A stretch of 37,633 nucleotides of DNA from IMG/VR virus record IMGVR_UViG_2939177367_000002. One strand, written 5' to 3'. Positions within the stretch are counted from its first letter, which is position 1; every line of letters begins with the position of its first letter. Positions 9,197-18,295 of this stretch are shown here, one piece after another. This DNA is from a virus (Duplodnaviria; Heunggongvirae; Uroviricota; Caudoviricetes). The notes beneath the pieces are model-generated. The model was not told the DNA's origin and made no database searches. It saw only the letters and a list, made by a program, of their open reading frames with translations. The position numbers and the translations under genes were made by a program.

Positions 9197-9430
9197 ATGC
9201 GCATTGAAATAATGATCGATAAAGAGCAGAAGATTAGCCAGTCTACCCTGGACGCCCTTGAATCCGAGCTTTACCGCAATCTGCGTCCTCTGTATCCCAA
9301 AATGGTAATTCGTATCCGCAAAGGTAGCTCTAACGGTGTGGAACTGACCGGATTGCAACTGGACGAAGAAAGAAAACAAGTGATGAAAATTATGCAGAAG
9401 GTGTGGGAAGACGACAGCTGGCTGCATTAA
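9197..9430 (+). CDS. DinI-like protein, 77 aa
   Basis: ATG at 9197 with GAGGTGA ribosome-binding site. Translation MRIEIMIDK...IRIRKGSSNGVELTGL...VWEDDSWLH resembles the DinI family as I recall it. Confidence 0.7.
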   Translation: MRIEIMIDKEQKISQSTLDALESELYRNLRPLYPKMVIRIRKGSSNGVELTGLQLDEERKQVMKIMQKVWEDDSWLH

Positions 9431-9700
9431 GAAACGTTGCTGGCGTCTGAACTTGCTTCTGGCGTCAGCAAGGTTGAACAACGAGCTATGCGAGGCGTTA
9501 GTGTCAATTTGTTACCTTAACCACTATATATGCCAGGAAATTAACAGTTCTTAAGAAACAGCTTGCATGATCGAGCGCATTGAACTTAAGTTTAAGTAAC
9601 GCAATCAACAGATGATATTGTTGTCTAAATTTTAAAGATAATCTGTTGAGGTTGTAGGCGTCGGAGTGTAGACTTCCGCGCCATGTGAAAAGGGGGAGTT

Positions 9701-9916
9701 ATGTCAAGCATCGCCGCATTTAGCCTGGGTAACCCAGTTGAACGTCTGGCAAGGGTTCTTAAAGAGAACCAGGACAAACTCAATCTTAGTAAAGATGGTT
9801 TTGTGTCCGTAGACTTGTCTAACAAAAGAGCAATGGATGCCATCAAGGCACAGATGGATAAGCTTGAAGGCATCAAAACGAGCACTGTAAAAGAGAAAAC
9901 TAATAGAACCAGATAA
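9701..9916 (+). CDS. Hypothetical small soluble protein, 71 aa; first gene of a two-gene cargo operon
   Basis: ATG at 9701 with GGGGGAG upstream; its stop TAA overlaps the next ATG (TAATG at 9914..9918), implying translational coupling. Confidence 0.5.
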   Translation: MSSIAAFSLGNPVERLARVLKENQDKLNLSKDGFVSVDLSNKRAMDAIKAQMDKLEGIKTSTVKEKTNRTR

Positions 9917-10758
9917 TGGCAACATTACTTTTAGCAGTGATTTTGGTTAGTGGTTTTATTTATGTAAACCTATCACTTTCAACAAGATACCGATATAAGC
10001 GTTCCAACGGCTGGGACGCTTATTTTTTTGTGGCTGCCTGGGGTATCGTTTTTTTTCTCCTTGGCGGTTTTTTCACCTTTATTTTGAACGTCAGCGGAGG
10101 GTTTCGTTGGCTGGCTAATGCCTTGAATCTAACACCTGACAGTTTTAATGGCATGTTGTCTTCATCGAAAGACAAACTTCAAAGAATAAATGAAATCAAA
10201 CAGATAGCATGGGTTATGATTTCAATTGTCCTCGCTGCGATTTCAGGTTTTGGAAATAAGTTACGCACATCACGTGGAGATCGTCGCTGGGATGCCTTAG
10301 CTAAAGCTGTGGGTAATAACGCTTTCGAATCATTACTCATGGAAGCGTCCGCAAGACAGTTTCCGATCATAGCAACTCTGTCGTCTCGCAAAATCTATGT
10401 TGGTCTTGTTACTTGTCCGGCGTTAGAAAACGGGCTTTCAGAGCACCTTGAACTTCTCCCGATGTTAAGCGGATATCGGGATAAAGATGATCTAACGATT
10501 AGTATCACGACTAACTATCACCAACATTATCTTGATAGTGGTGTGATAAGTGGAATGTCTCGGCTTAATATCGAAGATTTCCGTGTGCTCATACCAAAAG
10601 ATGAGGTTGAAACAATTTCGTTTTTTGATACTGAGACATATAACAAATTTAAAGAAAATGAAGCCAGGGATAGAAAGAACTGTCGAAAGATTGATAGTAA
10701 AAGTGCATCTTCGCGCAGCAAGCGTGCAGCAGATGCTGAGTCAAATGATCGTGCATGA
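9916..10758 (+). CDS. Hypothetical membrane protein, 280 aa, three predicted transmembrane helices plus a ~170-aa charged C-terminal domain
   Basis: Hydrophobic segments LLLAVILVSGFIYVNL, YFFVAAWGIVFFLLGGFFTFIL and IAWVMISIVLAAISGFG; no family recognised. Confidence 0.6.
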   Translation: MATLLLAVILVSGFIYVNLSLSTRYRYKRSNGWDAYFFVAAWGIVFFLLGGFFTFILNVSGGFRWLANALNLTPDSFNGMLSSSKDKLQRINEIKQIAWVMISIVLAAISGFGNKLRTSRGDRRWDALAKAVGNNAFESLLMEASARQFPIIATLSSRKIYVGLVTCPALENGLSEHLELLPMLSGYRDKDDLTISITTNYHQHYLDSGVISGMSRLNIEDFRVLIPKDEVETISFFDTETYNKFKENEARDRKNCRKIDSKSASSRSKRAADAESNDRA

Positions 10759-10805
10759 CTATGCTGCATGAGATCGCATGATCGTTTGAGGATCGTTTTT
10801 GCTAG

Positions 10806-10830
10806 GGCCCGCCAGAACTGGCGGGCTTTC
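10806..10830 (+). terminator. Weak hairpin GGCCCGCC-AGAACT-GGCGGGC followed by TTTC
   Basis: Read directly; lies after the 280-aa gene and before the AT-rich promoter region of the 557-aa gene. Confidence 0.3.
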
Positions 10831-10995
10831 GCGTAGATCATGCACCTGCATGAAAACTACTACATAAAGCGGGCAGGCGTGGCGGGGATACGAGCGCGCG
10901 CAACAGTGTAACAATCTGGATCTAATGTGATATAGTTACTGTAAATATTATTAACTATTCTTATATGCATTATTAAATATTTTAATGGAGCGTTT

Positions 10996-12669
10996 ATGGA
11001 AAAATATCAAGATGAGGAATATGTAGATGATTTAACTGAGCGTGTTTTTCTCATTAAGCAACAACTGGAAGCGGGAAAACTAAAAATAGCTCATCATCTT
11101 GTAGAAGGTTTTATTGAAAGTTTTAAAAGAATAAGGCTGCGACAGGATGGTAAAGTTGACCCTTCTACTGTTGATGGCAGAATAAGGGCTATGGGAGCAG
11201 CGGTTAATCACTTTTTAGAAAGAGAAGATATAAAAAACAAATACTCTATTCAGGACTTGCAAAGTTCTTACTTTAATATTCTTTTTAGTAATTTTGGCGA
11301 GTTGTTTTATCTGATGAAAAAAACTAATGCAACGCCACATAAAGCATCAAGTTTTTTTTCTCAACAAGAAGAATATGTTAAGCAAATAGAAGATATTTTT
11401 CCTGAGTTATATAATCAGGTAATAGAGTTTTGGCAGGTAACATCCGATATTGGTGTAATACATTTGCAGGATGGTTCTCAGTTTAAAGCTAATTTTTCTG
11501 GTGACTTATTTCCTGCATTTGATGAGAATGCTGTCTCTATTGCAGGGTTGTATGTTGATACTATTTCACTTCCATGTCCTATATTAAGAGTCGGTCGTCT
11601 CTATGAAAAGTCAGATAAGGCTGAGTTTACAAGGATACTTCTGAAGCATGTCCTAACATGTATGACATATAAAGAAGTAGCGCTTGAAGATATAGAGCCA
11701 GCAATAGTATTAATTTTGCCGGATAGAAGAGATTTTGAAACTGAGAGCAAAAAAAATTTGATGAGTTTTTGTGAGCCTTATGCTCTGACTCATGCGCAAT
11801 ATCTCTATGATCGACGGTTCGAAAGCTACGATGAATTTCGAGATTTTAGTTATTCGATGAATGATATTGATGCTGTTCTTAAAAATATTAAGAGAGCAGA
11901 TAGACTTATTTTTGATACAGCATGGGGGCTAAATCCAAAAACTCAATTAGAAAAACTACTATCTGATAAAAAAAGAATATCACGTAATGTTGTTGGTGAT
12001 CATGCTGGAATGGAGGTTTTCCTTTCCTGCATTGGAAGAATGCCGCAAGCCTATTCAGCAAAATGTAATGCACAAGAACTTGGTAGTACTCCATATATAA
12101 ATGCAGACACATCTTGGCTCTATTATACTTGGCTTATTGAGTACGAATCTCTTAATTTTGATGTCAATGATATTGAACTAAAAAATTTGCATATGGTTCA
12201 TGCGTTATCTGCTGGTATGCAAGATGGTTTTTCATGGTTAGGAAATGTACCGGTCAATAAAATAATTGAGTTGAGACGTAACAAATTGATGGAGGATGTA
12301 AGATCCATCTTATCAAATGGTGTTGACTCTTTAATCAATTCTTCGGCAGAGAGCTTTTCGAGGACAACGCAAAAAGTAATTGATAATGTAGACCGGGCTT
12401 TTATTGAACATCAAAGGATTCTTGCAAAAGCCCAAAAAGAGAAATTGAGAATTTACGGACTAGATGTCCTACCATGTATCGCAAATGGTGCTATAGCAAT
12501 TGCTGGAGCGCTGACTGGCAATACTACTTTAACGGCGTTAAGTGCAGGCCTTGGAGTAATAGGTATTCCGAGTATTAGTGATATCAAATCTAAATTTAAG
12601 CAGAGGCAAGAGAAGCTTGATGCCTATCAACGTTCTGTTACAGGTATACTCTTTAGCCATAAATCTTAA
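10996..12669 (+). CDS. Hypothetical protein, 557 aa, very AT-rich, with a Gly/Ala-rich hydrophobic segment near the C-terminus; no recognisable family
   Basis: ATG at 10996 with GGAG upstream and an AT-rich promoter-like leader. Long uninterrupted frame with protein-like composition; C-terminal GAIAIAGALTG...ALSAGLGVIGIP; terminator hairpin downstream. Confidence 0.7.
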   Translation: MEKYQDEEYVDDLTERVFLIKQQLEAGKLKIAHHLVEGFIESFKRIRLRQDGKVDPSTVDGRIRAMGAAVNHFLEREDIKNKYSIQDLQSSYFNILFSNFGELFYLMKKTNATPHKASSFFSQQEEYVKQIEDIFPELYNQVIEFWQVTSDIGVIHLQDGSQFKANFSGDLFPAFDENAVSIAGLYVDTISLPCPILRVGRLYEKSDKAEFTRILLKHVLTCMTYKEVALEDIEPAIVLILPDRRDFETESKKNLMSFCEPYALTHAQYLYDRRFESYDEFRDFSYSMNDIDAVLKNIKRADRLIFDTAWGLNPKTQLEKLLSDKKRISRNVVGDHAGMEVFLSCIGRMPQAYSAKCNAQELGSTPYINADTSWLYYTWLIEYESLNFDVNDIELKNLHMVHALSAGMQDGFSWLGNVPVNKIIELRRNKLMEDVRSILSNGVDSLINSSAESFSRTTQKVIDNVDRAFIEHQRILAKAQKEKLRIYGLDVLPCIANGAIAIAGALTGNTTLTALSAGLGVIGIPSISDIKSKFKQRQEKLDAYQRSVTGILFSHKS

Positions 12670-12674
12670 TGTAG

Positions 12675-12704
12675 AGGGCCGAGGTATTCGGCCCTTAGTT
12701 TTAT
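12675..12704. terminator. Hairpin AGGGCCG-N7-CGGCCCT with flanking T-rich tract, between the 557-aa gene and portal gene Q
   Basis: Read directly; could terminate the plus-strand cargo gene and/or the convergent Q transcript. Confidence 0.4.
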
Positions 12705-13729
12705 ATGAAACTGTATGGCATGAATTTTATTATGTCATCTTTGAGCCATTTATTGAGTTCTTCTATTCTGTTTTGTAGCGGTATCAATTCATTACGCATA
12801 AAAACCTTACTAGCCTTCTCCACATCCCCAAATCCCCCAACATTATTCGGCATTATCCCCATCATTTGCGGCGGCACTCGGTGTGCTGCCATCATGTCAT
12901 CCCGGCTCACGTTCTTGATATTCAAAAATTCATCCTTTGCCGCGACTTCTGACAGAGGAATAATCTGAAGCCCGTCTTTTTTGCCGTTAGGCGAGTACAT
13001 AAACAGGTTGCGAAAGTTGCCTGGACCTTTGGCGCTTTTCATCGCGTTACGGAGATTGTTTACATCTTCCTGGTTCTGCGCGGCGTCGGTCATGTACATG
13101 ATGAAGCCTGCATGGCTGCCGTTGATGTAATACTTACGGCGGAACAGCGTGGCGGACTCGTTGAGCAGGGCTGACGGAATGGCAGAAAGATAACCGGGCA
13201 GGCCGTAGATCTCCTGGTTGATATCTGGTTCCATCAGATGAAAAATGCTGCCTTTCGTGAACTGATACGGTTGCGTGGTCATACCGTATTGCACAAACCA
13301 GTAGGTATCCAGGTCTAACCCGCGTCGGGTATATTTTGCCAGGGCAGGCTCAAGAGCGATAATTTCACCGAACCGGTTCGTGCGTTTCTCCAGATAGGCG
13401 TTACCAAATACCAGATAGTCCTGCACAAAACGTGAAAAAGCCTGCTGGCTGAGCAGCGGGTGAGGGATGTAGGTGCTGGTCAGAATGTTGCACTTTACTG
13501 CAATCGGGGAACTATGATGAACGGCAGCGCGGAAGGTGCGCGCCAGTCCGTCAAAGCTGACGGGCGGCTCATACCAGCGGTCCATCTGTACGCATTCCAC
13601 ATAATCCAGCAGTTCTCGGCGGTCCAGAACAGGAACGGGATCGCCGAAGCTGAATGCTTCGGCTGTAGTTTGACTTTTAAGCTGGATCTGTTTCGTCGCC
13701 GCAGCGCGGTTCTTCTTACTCTTTCCCAT
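12701..13729 (-). CDS. Q: Portal protein (P2 gpQ-like), about 342 aa
   Basis: ATG at 13727..13729 (reverse) overlapping the gpP stop (TGATG). Size and position next to the terminase match P2. The last ~25 codons are encoded by AT-rich DNA. Confidence 0.85.
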   Translation of the reverse strand: MGKSKKNRAAATKQIQLKSQTTAEAFSFGDPVPVLDRRELLDYVECVQMDRWYEPPVSFDGLARTFRAAVHHSSPIAVKCNILTSTYIPHPLLSQQAFSRFVQDYLVFGNAYLEKRTNRFGEIIALEPALAKYTRRGLDLDTYWFVQYGMTTQPYQFTKGSIFHLMEPDINQEIYGLPGYLSAIPSALLNESATLFRRKYYINGSHAGFIMYMTDAAQNQEDVNNLRNAMKSAKGPGNFRNLFMYSPNGKKDGLQIIPLSEVAAKDEFLNIKNVSRDDMMAAHRVPPQMMGIMPNNVGGFGDVEKASKVFMRNELIPLQNRIEELNKWLKDDIIKFMPYSFI

Positions 13730-15495
13730 CAAAAAAACTCCACAATATTGCTGGTATTGGCGGATTCGCCCTGCAGCGGTTCGTTAAACAGTGCGTGCAT
13801 CGTTGCCCAGGCCAGATCGGCGTGGCTGGCTTCTTCGCTGCGGCTGGCTTCATAGGTCGGGCGGTTGCCACTGGCGGTGGTGGCGCGACGGATTGCCATA
13901 AAGGACTGCGCTATGTCGGTGTGTCCGGCGTCAAACTCCAGACGGCGGTGGCTGATAATGTCGTAGGCCTTGAGTACCAGGGCGTTTTTAACGTTGGGGT
14001 TGTAGACAAACTCCCGGACGGCAGGAAAAAACGCTTTCACGTTCTCGTAAACCCCGTGACCAACGCCGGTTGAGTCGATACCGATATAGGTCACGTTGTA
14101 CTGTTCGGTCAGTTTTTTGATGGCGTCAGCCTGGGCGCGGAAGTCCATTCCGCGCCACTGGTGACGCTCAAGAATGCGGAACTTACCGCCCGGCACGGCT
14201 GGCGGCGCCACCACCACGCATCCGGCGCTGTCGCCGTTCTGCGTACCTTTCGCCGGGTCATATCCGATCCACACTTCGCGCCAGCCAAACGGGCGCAGGG
14301 CCAGTGCATGAAAGTCGGTCCAGACTTCCCAACTGTCCACCATGCACGCCTGCAGCTCGCTGAGTGGGAACACAGACGCGAGATCGTCCACGAACTCACA
14401 CATCAGCAGGTTCTGGTATTCGTCCGGGCTGTACTCCATGCGCAACTGGTCGAGGTCGAACAGGTTACAGCCGCCGCGCACCGCATCTTCCACAGTGACT
14501 ATCTGGCGGTACTGCCCGTCTGCGCACAGCAGGCCGGGGGCCAGATTGCTGTGGGACAGGTCGATGTCCACCTTATCGGCTTTGTTGCGCCCTCGGTTGA
14601 ACAGCGCACCGGACCAGAACGGATAAGCACTGTGTGTCAGGCTGGATGGCGTGGAAAAATAGGTTTGTCGCCATTTTTTGTGAATAGCCATACCGGAAGC
14701 CACTTTGCGCAGCTCCTGGAATTTCGGTATCCAGAAATATTCATCCAGATACAGGTTGCCGTGGTAACTCTGGGCCGTGCGGGCATTGGTGCCGAGGAAG
14801 TACAGCGTGGCCCCGTTAGGAAGCACCATCGGATCGCCTTTCAGCTCCACCTCCACTTCTTTGGCGAAGTCGATGATGTACTGCTTAAAGACGTGGGCCT
14901 GAGCCTTGCTGGCGGAAAGGAAAATCTGGTTACGCCCGGTTAGCAGGGCGTCAATCAGGGCTTCACGGGCAAAATAGAAGGTCGCGCCGATCTGGCGTGA
15001 CTTCAGCAGGTTGCGGATGCGGTTGGTTTTTCCGGCTTCCCACCAGTGGCGCTGGTAGTTGAACATGGAGGAATGGAAGATTTCTTCCAGCTTCTCAATC
15101 TGTTCATCGGTGAAAACGTTCTTTTCCGGCTGACGGCGCGGGCCTTTGTTGCGGTTGGCGACGTTAGGGTTTAAGTCGGCTTCGTTGCCGCCATTGTTAA
15201 ACTTGCCGATCCGCGCATGGCGCTCCGACTGGCGCGCCAGCAGGTCAATCTCTTTGAAATCTTTCCCTTCTTTGTGCTCCTTCATAATGAGCTGGCAGTA
15301 GCGTGCGGCGGTGGTGAGCTGCATCTGATCCAGCGGCCCATAGTCACCCCACTTGTCGCGTTTTTTCCAGCTGTGAACGGTTGCAACTTTCTCGCCCAGC
15401 ATTTCAGCAATGCGGGCTACGCGGTATCCCTGAAAGTACAGCAGCATGGCCTGCCGACGGGGATCGAGATCTGCGGGTGTCAGTGTGGTGTTCAT
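13729..15495 (-). CDS. P: Terminase large (ATPase) subunit (P2 gpP-like), 588 aa
   Basis: ATG at 15495 (reverse); size and divergent arrangement with the O-N-M-L operon as in P2. Confidence 0.9.
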   Translation of the reverse strand: MNTTLTPADLDPRRQAMLLYFQGYRVARIAEMLGEKVATVHSWKKRDKWGDYGPLDQMQLTTAARYCQLIMKEHKEGKDFKEIDLLARQSERHARIGKFNNGGNEADLNPNVANRNKGPRRQPEKNVFTDEQIEKLEEIFHSSMFNYQRHWWEAGKTNRIRNLLKSRQIGATFYFAREALIDALLTGRNQIFLSASKAQAHVFKQYIIDFAKEVEVELKGDPMVLPNGATLYFLGTNARTAQSYHGNLYLDEYFWIPKFQELRKVASGMAIHKKWRQTYFSTPSSLTHSAYPFWSGALFNRGRNKADKVDIDLSHSNLAPGLLCADGQYRQIVTVEDAVRGGCNLFDLDQLRMEYSPDEYQNLLMCEFVDDLASVFPLSELQACMVDSWEVWTDFHALALRPFGWREVWIGYDPAKGTQNGDSAGCVVVAPPAVPGGKFRILERHQWRGMDFRAQADAIKKLTEQYNVTYIGIDSTGVGHGVYENVKAFFPAVREFVYNPNVKNALVLKAYDIISHRRLEFDAGHTDIAQSFMAIRRATTASGNRPTYEASRSEEASHADLAWATMHALFNEPLQGESANTSNIVEFF

Positions 15496-15541
15496 GGCAC
15501 AAACCTACAGCCTTGAATGAAGGCTTTCCCCGCCTGCGGTT

Positions 15542-15559
15542 TGTGTGGTTGTCGGTACA
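15542..15559. promoter_or_regulatory. TGT-N12-ACA dyad in the P/O divergent region; candidate Ogr-dependent late-promoter activator site
   Basis: TGTgtggttgtcggtACA read directly, about 80 bp upstream of the gpO start codon. Confidence 0.45.
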
Positions 15560-15637
15560 AATACCGCGCATTGTTTCACCGCCCCCATCACCGCAACCAT
15601 AAGGCTCCAGTAAGTTTTTTCTAACGGAGCACGGCTC

Positions 15638-16471
15638 ATGACAGTGAAAGCAAAGCGTTTTCGCATCGGGGTGGAAGGTGCCACCACCGACGGACGCGAA
15701 ATCCAGCGTGAATGGCTGGAACAGATGGCAGCCAGCTACAACCCGGCGGTGTATACCGCGCTGATTAACCTTGAGCACATCAAGTCTTATCTGCCGGACA
15801 GCACCTTTAACCGCTACGGCAAGGTGACGGCGCTGTTTGCTGAAGAAATCACGGAAGGTCCGCTGGCAGGCAAGATGGCGCTGTATGCCGACGTTGAGCC
15901 AACGGAGTCCCTGGTGGAACTGGTGAAAAAAGGCCAGAAATTATTCACCTCTATGGAAGTCAGCCCGAAGTTCGCTGATACGGGCAAAGCCTATCTGGTC
16001 GGCCTGGCTGCCACTGATGACCCTGCCAGTCTGGGTACGGAAATGCTGACATTCAGCGCCAGTGCAGCCCATAACCCGCTGGCAAACCGCAAGCAGAATC
16101 CTGCCAATCTCTTTACCGCTGCAGAGGAAACGGTGATCGAACTGGAAGAAATCCAGGACGACAAACCGTCCCTGTTTGCCCGCGTCACGGCGCTGTTTAC
16201 CAAAAAAGAGCAGTCCGATGACGCCCGGTTCTCTGATGTGCATAAGGCCGTGGAGTTGGTCGCCACTGAGCAGCAGAACCTGAGCGCACGCACCGAAAAA
16301 TCCCTGTCTGAGCAGGAAGAACGCCTGTCTGAGCTGGAGACTGCCCTGCAGGCACAGCAAACCGCCTTTAACGAACTGGTGGACAAGCTGAGTCATGAAG
16401 ACAGTCGCCAGGACTACCGCCAGCGTGCAACAGGCGGTAACGCCCCCGCTGACACTCTGACCAATTGCTGA
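15638..16471 (+). CDS. O: Capsid scaffolding protein (P2 gpO-like), 277 aa
   Basis: ATG at 15638 with GGAG upstream; acidic coiled-coil C-terminal half; synteny. Confidence 0.85.
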   Translation: MTVKAKRFRIGVEGATTDGREIQREWLEQMAASYNPAVYTALINLEHIKSYLPDSTFNRYGKVTALFAEEITEGPLAGKMALYADVEPTESLVELVKKGQKLFTSMEVSPKFADTGKAYLVGLAATDDPASLGTEMLTFSASAAHNPLANRKQNPANLFTAAEETVIELEEIQDDKPSLFARVTALFTKKEQSDDARFSDVHKAVELVATEQQNLSARTEKSLSEQEERLSELETALQAQQTAFNELVDKLSHEDSRQDYRQRATGGNAPADTLTNC

Positions 16472-16487
16472 TGGAGCACAAAACCCG

Positions 16488-17546
16488 ATGAAGAAGAATA
16501 CCCGCTTTGCTTTTAACGCTTACCTGCAGCAGCTGGCGCGTCTGAACGGTGTGGCAGTTGAAGAACTGTCCAGCAAGTTCACCGTGGAGCCGTCTGTGCA
16601 GCAGACGCTGGAAGACCAGATCCAGCAGTCCGCCGCATTCCTGACGCTGATTAACGTCACGCCAGTGACTGAGCAGTCCGGTCAGCTGCTGGGGCTGGGA
16701 GTTGGCAGCACCATTGCCGGAACCACTGACACCACCGCGAAAGAGCGTGAACCTGTCGATCCGACGCTGATGGTCGATGTGGAATATAAATGCGAGCAGA
16801 CCAACTTTGACACGGTGCTGACCTACGCGAAGCTGGACCTGTGGGCGAAGTTTCAGGATTTCCAGGTGCGCATCCGTGACGCCATCGTGAAACGTCAGGC
16901 TCTGGACCGCATCATGATCGGCTTTAACGGCGTGAAGCGTGCGAAAACCTCCAACCGTAGCGAAAACCCGCTGCTACAGGATGTGAACAAAGGCTGGCTG
17001 CAGAAAATCCGTGAGGATGCACCGGATCACGTCATGGGCAGCACCACCACGGGCGGTAAAACCACACCGGGCGCAGTGAAAGTCGGCAAAGGTGGCGAAT
17101 ATGCCAACCTGGACGCTGTAGTGATGGATGCGGTCAATGAGCTTATCGACGTGGTCTACCAGGACGATGACGATCTGGTGGTGATTTGCGGTCGTGAACT
17201 GCTGTCTGACAAGTATTTCCCGCTGGTCAACAAAGAGCAGGAAAACAGTGAAAAACTGGCTGCCGATATGATCATCAGCCAGAAACGCATGGGTGGCCTG
17301 CAGGCCGTGCGTGCGCCATTCTTCCCGCCGAATGCGCTGCTGATCACCCGTCTGGATAACCTGTCCATCTACTGGCAGGAAGACACCCGCCGCCGTTCAG
17401 TTATCGACAACCCGAAACGTGACCGGATTGAAAACTTTGAATCCGTTAACGAAGCCTATGTGGTTGAGGACTACCGCTGCGCCGCACTGGTGGAAAACAT
17501 CCAGATTGGCGACTTCAGCGCCGCAGCAGCAGAAACCGGAGCGTAA
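16488..17546 (+). CDS. N: Major capsid protein (P2 gpN-like), 352 aa
   Basis: ATG at 16488; N-terminus MKKNTRFAFNAYL...KFTVEPSVQQTL resembles P2 N as I recall it. Confidence 0.9.
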   Translation: MKKNTRFAFNAYLQQLARLNGVAVEELSSKFTVEPSVQQTLEDQIQQSAAFLTLINVTPVTEQSGQLLGLGVGSTIAGTTDTTAKEREPVDPTLMVDVEYKCEQTNFDTVLTYAKLDLWAKFQDFQVRIRDAIVKRQALDRIMIGFNGVKRAKTSNRSENPLLQDVNKGWLQKIREDAPDHVMGSTTTGGKTTPGAVKVGKGGEYANLDAVVMDAVNELIDVVYQDDDDLVVICGRELLSDKYFPLVNKEQENSEKLAADMIISQKRMGGLQAVRAPFFPPNALLITRLDNLSIYWQEDTRRRSVIDNPKRDRIENFESVNEAYVVEDYRCAALVENIQIGDFSAAAAETGA

Positions 17547-17549
17547 TTC

Positions 17550-18200
17550 ATGAGCCTGAGTCCCGCACGGCAGCATCGCCTGCGCGTTCAGGCTGAACAG
17601 GCCGCCCGCGAGGGCGGCAGCGTTCGCCACGCGTCGGGCTATGACCTGATGCTGCTGCAACTGGCGGAAGACCGCCGCCGTCTCAAGGGCGTTCAGTCCA
17701 CGGTCAAAAAAGCGGAAATCAAGGTGGAGCTGCTGCCGAAGTACGCCGCCTGGGCGGAGGGTGTCCTGGCTGCCGGAGGCGCTCAACAGGATGACGTGCT
17801 GATGTACGTGATGCTGTGGCGCATTGATGCCGGAGATTATGCCGGGGCGCTGGAGATCGGGCGTCACGCCCTGCGTCATGGCTGGGTGATGCCGTTAGGT
17901 AACCGCAACGTGCAGACCGTGCTGGCAGAGGAAATGGCAGATGCAGCCCAGAGCGCAATGCTTGCCGCCACCGGCTTTGATGCCGATCTGTTGCTGCAGA
18001 CCCTGGAGCTGACAGACGGTATGGATATGCCGGACCAGTCACGGGCGCGTCTGCATAAAGCGATTGGCGCTGTCCTGAGTGAAAGCAATCCGGCGTCTGC
18101 CCTTAATCATCTCAACCATGCGTTACAGCTCGATCCCCGCTGTGGCGTGAAAAAAGACAAACAGCAGCTGGAGCGCAGACTGCGCAATGACAGCCGCTGA
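17550..18200 (+). CDS. M: Terminase small/endonuclease subunit (P2 gpM-like), 216 aa
   Basis: ATG at 17550; synteny after N. Confidence 0.8.
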   Translation: MSLSPARQHRLRVQAEQAAREGGSVRHASGYDLMLLQLAEDRRRLKGVQSTVKKAEIKVELLPKYAAWAEGVLAAGGAQQDDVLMYVMLWRIDAGDYAGALEIGRHALRHGWVMPLGNRNVQTVLAEEMADAAQSAMLAATGFDADLLLQTLELTDGMDMPDQSRARLHKAIGAVLSESNPASALNHLNHALQLDPRCGVKKDKQQLERRLRNDSR

Positions 18201-18295
18201 CAGAACGTGCCCCCGCGCACGGGCGGCACGGGGTGGCGAAAGGCACTGCCACATCAAAACCCCGTCCACCGCCCTCTATTTCAGGAGAAAGCAGC

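Noticed and set aside
9005-9481. 158-aa minus-strand ORF overlapping the LexA-controlled small ORF and the DinI-like gene.
   Set aside because: It is antisense to two well-formed plus-strand genes that have ribosome-binding sites and a LexA box; no start context; composition not protein-like.
10931-10947. Second LexA-like motif (TACTGTAAATATTATTAA) upstream of the 557-aa gene.
   Set aside because: Only the CTG half-site is present and there is no CAG partner at N10 spacing; it more likely reflects AT-rich promoter sequence.
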